Shown one piece after another: positions 26,701 through 36,682 of a stretch of DNA of 64,000 nt. Position numbers and translations under genes: made by a program. Numbering within the stretch: the first letter of the stretch is position 1; every line of letters starts with the position of its first letter. This DNA comes from Iphione sp. A-MEVVRFRX5 (taxonomy: Eukaryota): assembly GCA_976226885.1 (NCBI GenBank), contig OZ320314.1, forward strand, positions 97,154,001 to 97,218,000. The letters are read 5' to 3'. A model generated the notes under the pieces. That model had not been told where the DNA came from. It was given only the letters and a program-made list of their open reading frames with translations, and did not search any database.

Positions 26701-29700
26701 TTCCAATTTGCAGATGGGAGCGTCTCCTATTCGATGCACCAGGGAGAACGGCGAGGGACAGAAGTCGACCTTTATGACTTCACATATGATGGCACGGTAT
26801 CTGACTATCAACTAACCGGCGGCCTGGGCCAGTTGACCGATGGAGAACTGGGAGAGTCAAATTTCCGTCTTGACCCAAAGGGCTTTGGCATTAAGGGTTA
26901 TGAATGGGTAGGCTGGAGGAATGAATCCCATAATGGTAAAGCCATTGAAATCACTTTCAAATTTGATGACGTGAGGAATTTTTCCAACATACGTATCCAT
27001 GCCAACAACATGTTCAGCAAGGACGTTCGAGTGTTCAAAGGTGCAAAGCTCTACTTCAGTATCGGAGGGGAATACTTCAAAAATGAGCCCATCACCTACT
27101 GGTATATGAGAGACACCCTGATAGAATATGCTCGCCAGGTCACCATTCCTGTACCTAACTTAATTGGACACTATGTCAAGATACAGCTTCTCTTCGATGC
27201 CAAATGGATGATGATAAGCGAAATCCAGTTCGAGTCAGGTAGGCCTAAATTGGCATTCTCATTAGAATTACCAAGTTGTAGGCGGACGTTTTCTGAATGC
27301 AATTTAAGTCGACATCCAACGTTTCCCCTGTCGATGAATTGATTAAAGTCCCCATGATTAAAATTCAAATTAGCTTCCAATTGACGTGATGCACGCTTCG
27401 TAGTCGGATTTAAAGCAATTGAATGCAATTTCACCGACTTTCTACTGCGACAATGCGCAGCATAATCCAAAGAGAAAGAAATCGTGCCTTTCCACCACCG
27501 CTACCATTACCAGTGCTCCCGCAAGTGCTAATTCTGGACTTCGCTGTTTTGTTGTAGAATATGCGGTGGGGAATTTCACCCCGGAGGTTCCGCCGTCGAC
27601 AATACAGCCACCGGGGGCCTCTACAAAGGATGCCAATATTGTTCAAGTCATCGATCTCTTGCCGAACGGCAAGCAGAACAAGACGGTCGGCTCGCGTAAA
27701 GTACATCCCACCTACGGTAAGACGGCCTTCTATCTTCCCCTCTTCCTACTACTCCTCTTTCTACTACTACTCCTTTTTCTCCTGTTCCCTCTTCCACCTT
27801 TCTGTGCGTCCTTCACGACAAGTCCGCTCCCAGTCTCTTGCCAAACCCTCATTCTTGAGACTCCTCAGAGCACCCCACATCCAAACATCTGGCTTGACGT
27901 CCAGCATCGTTTCCCACCTCTTTGAACAGGAAAGCTCGTCAGTTTGGATAGGCTGTAGGGTCCTTCTGACACCATTTTAGAGGAACCATCATCCACAGAC
28001 CTAGGATGATATCCGGAAACCCGAATGAAACTGAGGGGAAAAAAGGTTCTCCTTTAATCGTTCCATCAAACATTGAATTTCCCTTATCGACCAAAAGCTT
28101 GCGTGTCACTCGCATTTCTGTATTTGCCGTTTGAGATTATAGGAAGCAGCCTGGGAATATGATTCCAAATCTATATAGGGATGAATTGATTAAGGATCCC
28201 GATAAATTAATTCAATGCAACTAGTCTGACAAAGTTATCACGGGCATGTGTAAAACGATTCTCAGTATGGCCTTTTACACAGTTATAGTATCCCAGGCCT
28301 TAAACAGTTTTATGGATGTTAAATTGAAAAGGGGAGACCGAATTTCACTTTGGATTAAACAAAGTAATAGGAACGAGAAACGTAATCACAGCAACATTCT
28401 AACTAAGGAGTAACCCAAGAATGCATGAATAAGTTCTATGACTGGGAACGCGGGATCCGTATTCTTGATGAATTGCGGATTAACGTGTACATGTGAGTTT
28501 CCCCTATTCACACAAGGGACCTGCCCGCTGTCTCAAAAGAAAGACAGCAGTGCGGTACGTTGTACACAGTGTAATTAGCACAACATGGTGACTTTTATTA
28601 CAGACGAGGCGGACGCGGGCGGATCGAAGTCGACGACGACGATGGGCTCGGCCGGCGCCGAGGGCTCGCAGACGGAGAGGGAGAAGAAGGCGCTGGACGA
28701 GGAGTACATCGGCATCATCATCGGAGCCCTGGCGGCGCTCATCCTGCTGCTCTTCCTGGTCATCGTCATCATCATCATCCGCCAGCGACACCGCAAGTCC
28801 AACAATAACCACCAGGCGCTCATTAAGTCGTCCATTGTGCCGCGACATGTGACTCTTGACCTGAATGACCTTCAGGCCAATCAAGCTAATGGTAAACGAT
28901 CCGTACACGACATCCGTTTAGCATATGTTATGTCTTATTCCTGATCATTCACGGTGCAATTTGGTATGTAAATGGTCGTTAACTGGTAATTATTTGTACA
29001 TGTAGATATAACATATTCAGAAAGGTTAGCGCAAGTTGAACCCTTACCATGGTCAGAGTAGTGTGGAGATTATGATAGTTCAAATTCTTTAAATTCCCTG
29101 TCATGGAAAACGCGGTATTCTTGGCGGTAGAAGACTGTAAATAGCCAAGATCTAAAATACACGGATAATCGCCGACTTTTTGTGTCTTGAGTTTACTAGT
29201 GATGTAGAGCCCTCATCTGATTCGACCCTGTTGGACACATTTCAGAAGCGACTCTGTCACGGGAATATGCAGTGCCAGATATCACCAAGTCGTCCTTTGG
29301 TCAGATGCGACCTAACATCCCACCCCCTGCCTATAGCCCCAACTTGTACGCTGGGGGTGCCACCACAGCTCTGCCCTTGTCTGGTGCTGCGTCGCACTAT
29401 GCTGCGGCAGATGTGGTCAACATCCCCAACATTCAGGGTGTGTCTGGCAGCAACGTCTATGCCGTTCCCAATGGCGATCTCTTGTGGACCGAAGATTTGT
29501 CTGTCATGGAATTCCCCCGAGAGAATCTCAAATTCATTGAGAAGCTCGGAGAGGGACAATTCGGAGAGGTAGGTACCATTCCTTCAGAAAGATGATAGCG
29601 GCATAATGTGTTTTAAATCCACCCATGTGTATATCTATTGGCGTACCTTCTAATTGTTGTATAGTACTAAATACCATGACATAATTTGGGGGAGTTAATC

Positions 29701-31845
29701 TATGAGCTGAATACCAATGCCCCTCGGGAATGGATTATATTAGTCCATGGAAAAGGTAAGGTACTTAACATAATGGACATTTCCATCTTTTGACAACAAG
29801 AATTCATTTCGTAGCTCTCATGAGCTAGTGTCTTCTACATTGCTGCCCCTAGCAGGAACACTTCGGCCTTTACTAAACTTTCGCTATCAAACACACATTA
29901 GGTTCACTTGTGTGAGGCGCAGCACATGACAGACTTCCTCGGTGATGACTTCCTCTTAAACCGTACCTCTTCGGGCAACTCAATGCTCGTTGCCGTGAAG
30001 ACACTTCGTCGAAATGCTGACCAATCTGCAAGGTACGGAACTTGAGAGTTCTAGTTGTGGTTCCAGGTTAGAAGTATATGGCGAATAGGGTTGGAATGTT
30101 AAGGCCTAATAACGAACTAAAAGGGTGTATATACAGACCTTTAAACTAAAAGGTCTAACAAGAAAAAAATAGTGTCTTTGAATGCAACATGTGCCACAGA
30201 AGCACGTGTATGTGTCGCTGAGATAGATACAGACGCCAAATACATGTAAATTTGCTCTACAGAGAGATTTGAAGTAACAAACTTGGGCAGGTGTTCATTA
30301 ACACATGTTATTCTCTACTTTTTACCTTCAGAGATTCAAAATAGATTTTCTCAAAAACTACCACACACGGGTTACATAATAAATAACATAGAATTTGGCG
30401 ATGCGTAAATATCAAGCAATTGTGAGGGGGGACGCATCGCGATCACACGTATTCGAGCATTTTATGTAATTAAATAAGCAGTTCCATCGAATAAATGTAG
30501 ATGTAATAGTGGAATGAATTGCGGATGGTAAGAGTTTAGGGAGCAAGTTGGTTAATGCGTGAGGAGGTCAAAGTGCAAATCATACTGTTCTTCCTATCGT
30601 TGCCTGTATTACGACACTGGTTTTATTCGTCCTTGTCATTTCTAGGACCGACTTCCAAAAGGAGGTTAAGATAATGTCTCGCATCAAAGACCCAAACATC
30701 GTCCAGGTACTTGGTGTCTGTACTCGAGATGACCCGTTGTCTGTGATCGTGGAGTACATGAAATTTGGGGACCTGCATCAGTTCTTAGAGCAGCATGTGG
30801 GTGAAAACACGACACCGAAGAAGAAGCACACAAAAACTCTCAGGTGATTGGATGTATACAGTTATTAAGAAAAAAAGACTTTGTGTAGGGCTCCGATGAT
30901 CATTCATCGAAATCATTATACCAGTTCTTGTAAGTTGTCCATTAAAGCCGTTTACCTTGATAGTAAATAGCAGACAAATAAATAAATTAGCAGCGGATTT
31001 TCATTTACTCTTTCATTAAGCAATAAAGGTTTGTTTTCTTACCTGGAACATCCTTTGCTTGAAGACTTCTGACTGAGACTCTTGGTTTTTCTAGTCGTGG
31101 CGGCCTTGTCTACATGGCGACGCAAATTGCCTCTGGCATGAAGTACTTGGAGTCTCTCAATATGGTTCATCGTGATCTGGCTACCCGTAACTGTCTCGTG
31201 GGTCATAACTACTGCATCAAGATCTCTGACTTCGGAATGAGCCGGAACCTGTATAGTAATGATTACTACCGCATTGAAGGAAAAGCAGTCCTTCCTATTA
31301 GGTGGATGGCATGGGAAAGTATCCTATTGGTAAGTTTGAGCATAGTAAAAGAACTGTTTTTTCATTATATCATTAAAACATGATATTAGAGGTAGTGAAT
31401 TTCTTTCTTTGGGAATGTATTGACACTGTCAGTTTTCTTTTAATGCAAAGACACCTATTTAAAAGCAATGCTAAATAACCATTTTTGAATCCTTTTTCAG
31501 GGCAAGTTTTCGTGCAAGAGTGATGTTTGGTCCTTTGCTGTGACTTTGTGGGAAATCCTTAACCTCGCCAAAACACAACCCTTTGACAACCTGACCGATG
31601 AGCAAGTCATAGAGAACTGTGGACATTACTACCGCAATGATGGACTGGAAGAATATCTGCCACAACCATCAAACTGCCAGCGTGAGATATACGATCTGAT
31701 GAAGGAGTGCTGGAATAGAGAGGAGATTCAGCGGCCGACATTCAGAGAGATACATATGTTCCTTCAAAGGAAGAACATGGGCTATGATCCGGTTCAGGAT
31801 CAGGCTACATATTCCACCAAAGGTGTCAATGTGCCTGTAGTATAG
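12896..31845 (+). CDS. DDR: Discoidin domain receptor tyrosine kinase, paralog A (5'-partial, 11 exons: 12896-13037, 22236-22325, 26379-26526, 26714-27238, 27558-27716, 28604-28891, 29246-29568, 29902-30032, 30646-30843, 31095-31329, 31501-31845)
   Basis: All exons are GT-AG bounded with compatible phases and join into an 860-aa open frame. Motifs: DS domain ([30 protein letters not shown]), DS-like domain, TM helix ([24 protein letters not shown]), [29 protein letters not shown] activation loop, [10 protein letters not shown]. Cannot be assigned specifically to DDR1 or DDR2. Confidence 0.95.
14660..14790. repeat. (GA)n microsatellite grading into (GACA)n
   Basis: Seen directly in the sequence. 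Confidence 0.95.
17461..17474 (+). promoter_or_regulatory. CTCF-like motif CACCAGGGGGCGCC
   Basis: Matches the CTCF core consensus; motif evidence only. Confidence 0.4.
22236..22325 (+). CDS. DDR: DDR-A exon, DS domain ([30 protein letters not shown])
   Basis: cttctttcag| acceptor and gag|gtaggg donor; 90 nt, matches DDR-B 46157-46246. Confidence 0.93.
22969..23099. mobile_element. Degenerate short TA-type MITE
   Basis: TA|CAGTCAACTCTC...GAGTCTACTG|CA with internal GAGACCAC/GTGGTCTC inverted motifs; shares ccagtcca...gtggtc with the 36962 element. Confidence 0.45.
24299..24335. repeat. (TG)n microsatellite
   Basis: Seen directly in the sequence. Confidence 0.95.
26379..26526 (+). CDS. DDR: DDR-A exon, DS domain end ([49 protein letters not shown])
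   Basis: tgttgcag| and aag|gtatgt; 148 nt; 42 of 49 aa identical to the DDR-B counterpart. Confidence 0.95.
26714..27238 (+). CDS. DDR: DDR-A exon, DS-like domain
   Basis: tttgcag|ATGGG and tcag|gtaggc; 525 nt, same as DDR-B 42781-43305. Confidence 0.95.
27558..27716 (+). CDS. DDR: DDR-A exon, stalk 1 ([14 protein letters not shown]...KVHPTY)
   Basis: gttgtag| and tacg|gtaaga; homologous to DDR-B 41730-41897. Confidence 0.9.
28604..28891 (+). CDS. DDR: DDR-A exon, stalk 2 + transmembrane helix + proximal cytoplasmic juxtamembrane
   Basis: ttattacag| and aatg|gtaaac; TM segment followed by basic RQRHRK. Confidence 0.9.
29246..29568 (+). CDS. DDR: DDR-A exon, distal juxtamembrane to kinase G-loop ([10 protein letters not shown]...GEGQFGE)
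   Basis: catttcag| and gag|gtaggt. Confidence 0.92.
29902..30032 (+). CDS. DDR: DDR-A kinase exon (VHLCEA...[15 protein letters not shown])
   Basis: cattag| and aag|gtacgg; 131 nt. Confidence 0.93.
30646..30843 (+). CDS. DDR: DDR-A kinase exon ([19 protein letters not shown]...[12 protein letters not shown])
   Basis: tttctag| and cag|gtgatt; 198 nt. Confidence 0.93.
31095..31329 (+). CDS. DDR: DDR-A kinase exon ([11 protein letters not shown], YxxxYY)
   Basis: tttctag| and ttg|gtaagt; 235 nt. Confidence 0.95.
31501..31845 (+). CDS. DDR: DDR-A last coding exon (kinase C-lobe, tail ...GVNVPVV*)
   Basis: tttttcag| acceptor and TAG stop; 345 nt. Confidence 0.95.
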   Translation, partial: GKFSCKSDVWSFAVTLWEILNLAKTQPFDNLTDEQVIENCGHYYRNDGLEEYLPQPSNCQREIYDLMKECWNREEIQRPTFREIHMFLQRKNMGYDPVQDQATYSTKGVNVPVV

Positions 31846-32320
31846 TGTCACATGTCTTTGACGAAAGGCTTTTGACACAAGCCTGACTGTAGGAGGACAT
31901 GTTTAGATAATCACGATCTGTGATTGACCTTTATGTGTTATGGGGCATTGAGGCGCTGCTGTCTGTTAATGTCTTCGAAGTACACAGGCCTAACCTAGGC
32001 TCCAGAATATAACACAATCCTGATAATATGCCTTGTTGAATATTCCTCTCTTCGGAGAAAAAATTATCTTCGTCACTTGGAACAAGCTGGGCGTATTGAT
32101 TCTCGACTGTGGTTCACCTAATGATTGGATCCCAAAAGTACATATCTCTAATGCCGTGGACATGTCACTATTTGGAAAAAGCACTAAACCTTAACATGAG
32201 CCCCCGGCAACGGCAAAAGACATCTTAAGCGAGTGAATTCCTTTCTATCGCAGGAGTCCTACATAGAAGAAGCTGCTCAACGTAGATCTGTGTAATCATA
32301 CATCCTCGGATGGGTCATTC

Positions 32321-33451
32321 AATAAACGTTTTAGCTGCTATAATTGAAGCTGTTGAATAAAATTAGTGGTTTCAATTAACCTGGCGATTACCATTGGCTC
32401 GGGCTAGTACTAAAGGTTACCAATAGACTAAAGTCACAACTTCTATCTTCTAACTGAACCAATGTCAGTAAAGTGATGTAATCATGCTGCTTGTCTGACC
32501 TTTCCACAAACACAGCATGTTCAGAAGTGACACTCATCTTTTCACAAATTCGTGAAGTGATAAAGATGGATGGAAAGGAACAGGACGATAGCAATTATAT
32601 ATACAACCATGGTTTCACATTATATGAGCTATTTACCTTTTGAGATAATTATGAAGATTACAGAATATTGAGATAATAACGGATCATGTCTTTACTAAGT
32701 AGAAATAAGCGATTACTAGTTTGAAGGTTCAAATATCAGAGTTTATTATTATCTATATAACTCTTCCTACCTTGCACAATGTCAAAGATGTCCCTGTGTT
32801 TATTTTTTATTACTTAGACATGTGTATTGCAGATACACATCGTTTGCGCATGGTGCTCTAGGTTAGCAAGGGGGAAAAGGCCATTTTGAAAGCACGTTAA
32901 CTGTCTGAGGAAATTAGATTTAGCTTACATATTGGTTTTGCTTTTTTTCTTGTATATCAGCTCATTGCATTGGTTGGTACTGCTGATCCTGAAACCTGCC
33001 AAGTCGTATATTATGGGGACAGTTTGGGGGAAGAAGCATCTCCAACGTTTCATTTTATCTGTGTGGAACTATATAATAAGCTTGTTTCAATTCACACCAA
33101 ATTCTCTCTCTCCTAAACTCGCAAATATTGTCACAAATAAGACACTGAACTGGAGCATTTGAGAATTGAGTGTATATCCAACCCTATATATCACATGTGA
33201 TTTTATGCTTGAAATAGTTCGTCTACTGATCATGATGGAGCAATCAAGGCGCCAAATGTGCACTGGATGCATGGCAAATACATGATAATCATTGTACTTG
33301 TATATAATATTGTTCTTACTAACCCCATGTGCAGCATTATTCTGAGTCAAAACAAAGGCTACACTGTACAAATGTCGACTATAAATGTGTATATGACAAA
33401 ATGCATATATACCACATATATGTTCAATATATGCTTTACATTGTTAATAAA
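32321..33451 (+). terminator. Candidate DDR-A poly(A) signals, AATAAA at 32321, 32356 and 33446
   Basis: Canonical hexamers downstream of the stop codon; usage unknown. Confidence 0.45.
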
Positions 33452-34874
33452 ATGCTGAACTGTAAAAAAAGAACAATATCGAACTGGTTATTATTCCTTT
33501 GTTCATTATTCGAGAAAAAATCTGTATTCATGACGAAAATTTTAATATCCTGCTACTTCAGTTAATAGACCGACTCCTTCGTGAGTTATCAAACCCGGTA
33601 GAACATTAATTCGTTTTTACTTAGGAACTAGGACATCAAACATGGTTTGTCTGTGCTTTTGCGTGGGGGTGTTTATGTATGTGTATGGAGAAAACGCATA
33701 GAAATAACACGAACTTTCGGAAATTGGATAACTGCTGCAACAGTTGCAACGTTATGAGGAAAGATGGAGTGGCGCCGTCTTTTGAGCCGTTTGGACAACT
33801 ACTGCATGCGACTGACCCCGAATAATGATATGATTTCAGATTGTGTCCTTATACTCATTTAGCCACTCTTGGGGAGTAAGACTTAACGTACAACTAGTTT
33901 ATCAAATAGATTACGAGTACTGAAACATCTGTCCTATAAATTTTTCACGAAAAGGTTTAAATCCAAATCAAAATAATGTCATTTACCAGCGTGTCGACCT
34001 AATAGGATGGTTTTCACAGTCTGGAAATAGCGAACATATTTGCAGTTAATTTCAATACAATGGTACATTGAAAGTGGTAATGATGAAATTTCTCCATAAT
34101 ATTTTATGAATGATTGATGTGGTGATCAAATGATTCTTGTGCAGTTCTTGTTTTGATAGTTTTTATGCTTTTTGGCAGTGGGGAAGTTAAGCAGGGTACG
34201 GTTGAGTAAAGCATATAATGGTTGGAAAGGTATAGGAATATGCATGATATAACTGAGTTTAAATCGTCACTTAACTTCCTCACTGGTGTAAAGCAAGCGA
34301 TGACCTAAACTAAATTGTATTATACATATTGCTATACCCTTCCAGCCATTACGTGCCTCACTCAACCGTTTCCTCAGTTTCACGTTGCAGCGATTTAATG
34401 TCCGTGGCATTAAAAAATTGTATCACATTGGCAAGTATATGCTAGGGAAAGTCAGTAAAATACCATAAAAGTAATAGTGGGCCTAATATGGATTCCTGTA
34501 GAACATCATGTTCTACTTGCTTTTCCTTGCAGTACAATGTATCTCTTATTCACTTCACAAAGTTGCTTTCTAGTCTTCAGATAGTTTGTAAACCATAATA
34601 TGGCTGAGTCTAGGAAATTGAGTAAACCATGACATGACTGAGTCTGAGAAACTGAAAATTGCTAAATGAAAACCATTAACTTTTCATTCCACGTGATTTC
34701 CCTACAAATTCTCCTTCGTTCGCCATATCCTGTAGTTGCAATGTGCATAATGTAAGTCCAGCTTAATCTGGTAGAGGAAAACGTATGCACCAGTATAGCT
34801 TCAAAACAATTGTATTTGGGAACATTCCAGAATTTAGTTTAAAGTGAAGATAAAGCAATTGGTTAATTAAATGT

Positions 34875-35046
34875 TTTATTTTTCATCACAATAGACATTC
34901 AACATGGACAATAATACAGTTATATAAAGAACTGAGCAGTGGTTAGTATGAATCATTTTATGAATATTGTCTCAGAGACAATATAACCAAATTTCTTACT
35001 GATTTATTCAAACAGTTTAAATGGTTTATGTGATACATGATTTATT
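34875..35046 (-). terminator. Candidate DDR-B poly(A) signals (minus-strand AATAAA at 34875-34880, ~35003 and ~35041)
   Basis: TTTATT on the + strand, 1.3-1.5 kb downstream of the DDR-B stop; usage unknown. Confidence 0.4.
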
Positions 35047-36337
35047 CAAACAGTTTATGTAATACATATACTTTTTGGTAATATATGTAGTATGGATACA
35101 TTCCCTTGCTGCAATATCCACAGCTCCAATCTTTCAAGCCTTCAACATGTACATTGTTAAACTTTGGTTTGCATAAACTGCTTTATGTTTGTCATGAAAT
35201 GAACCTTTAATAATACCAGATATTTCTCAAGCTGAACTGCGTCCCCTTATGAAGACCGCCATCAGAAGACATCGTGTATATCTAAGATGTCTAGTGTATA
35301 TATTTACACCATGAAGATGTATTTCAGTATTCCCAACTGACTGAACAAGAGATAAGTCAGTGCAAACTTGAGATTACATCTTGAGGAATGAAGAATGGAT
35401 TTAATATGGATATCATTAGAAAAGCAGAAAAATCTCGGAACAGCGCCCGATTTGTGCATCCTTTTACTTCTTACTCTTTCGTTAAAAATATAAAGATATG
35501 ACCTCTGTTAGATATAGCTATATGCAGAATGTTACAAGTCAGAGCTATGAGCTCCAAAGTGTCGATTTTCATTGACATCGTATAGTTGTATTTACATGCA
35601 GGTAGTGATATCTTAGGAATATATATGTAATTGAATCAAATTATTCCGCACCATTGAGATATTGTTGACAGAAATGATATCGGTATAGGCAAAACAGTCC
35701 ATACCTTAAAGGACTGAGTCGTACCGTCGTTCTTTCAGACAAATCATACCCGACCTTCACAAAATAGATATGGCACCCTTGCAGTTTGTGGTATTGTTTA
35801 CACTGAGGAAAGATATACAAATATGTATGGTTTACTACGAAGTGGTGCCTTCTCAGGTACATAATCTGTACAACGTCAAAGGTCTTCATGTTCCCGCTGG
35901 GATAATGACATGATATTGTGGCATTCAAAAAGAGAATGGCTATTTACATTTGAATGCAAATATTGCTAAGGAACGTAAAATATACTTCCGGTAGGACTTT
36001 AAACGTGTCAACAGGGAACTAGAACAACAAATGCCAATTCAGTGGATATGAAGCTCAAGTTATGATCTTAGTCCCGTCTGAGTGGGCATCAGAAAGGATT
36101 CAAGTTTAACCATACAAAGATAATATCTATATACAGTACATGACTTCTTGAAACTTTCAGAGTTAACAATATTTAAATATAGCAGCATTTGCCAACATTT
36201 ATCCAACGGTCACACTTGCTTCACGCCAAACCCCTACTGCAAAACAAGCTTCTATCATATCTATTTTGTCTCATTTCGTTAATACTCAAACCAACACTTC
36301 CATACTCACACACAAACATCTAGGTCTTCCATTCAAG

Positions 36338-36682
36338 TTATACATATGGCGAGGTGGGGTTGTTTGTCTTGTGGTATGTCTTCTCCAACTTGGGATCATA
36401 TCCCATGTTTTTTCTTTGCAAGAACATGTGGATTTCCCTGAAAGAAGGCCTTTGTACTTCATCTCTATTCCAGCACTCTTTCATTAGGTCATAGATCTCC
36501 CGGGTGCATGTTGCGGGCGGAGGCAGGTAGGATTCAAGGCCATCGTTGCGGTAATAATGACCACAATTTTCAATGACCTGCTCATCAGTGAGTTCATCAA
36601 ATGGCTGCTCCTTGGCAAAGGTGAGAACCTCCCATAGAGTAACTCCAAAGGACCATACGTCTGTCTTTGTAGAGAACTTGCC
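36338..36682 (-). CDS. DDR: DDR-B last coding exon (tail ...NNPTSPYV*)
   Basis: cacctcag| acceptor and TAA stop; 345 nt; 81 of the first 97 aa identical to DDR-A. Confidence 0.95.
   Translation of the reverse strand, partial: GKFSTKTDVWSFGVTLWEVLTFAKEQPFDELTDEQVIENCGHYYRNDGLESYLPPPATCTREIYDLMKECWNRDEVQRPSFREIHMFLQRKNMGYDPKLEKTYHKTNNPTSPYV

Noticed and set aside
26659-26713. Upstream alternative acceptor (ctgcag|AGGG) for the DS-like exon
   Set aside because: It adds 55 nt and shifts the frame; the paralog matches the 26714 acceptor.
28504-28908. Antisense ORFs over DDR exons (also 29257-29559, 40089-40322 and 42860-43309)
   Set aside because: Shadow ORFs of real coding exons with no independent evidence.
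31525-31545. DVWSFAV instead of DVWSFGV as a sign of an inactive DDR-A kinase
   Set aside because: All catalytic motifs (VAVK, HRD, DFG) are intact and the G to A change is conservative; it is insufficient to call a pseudokinase.
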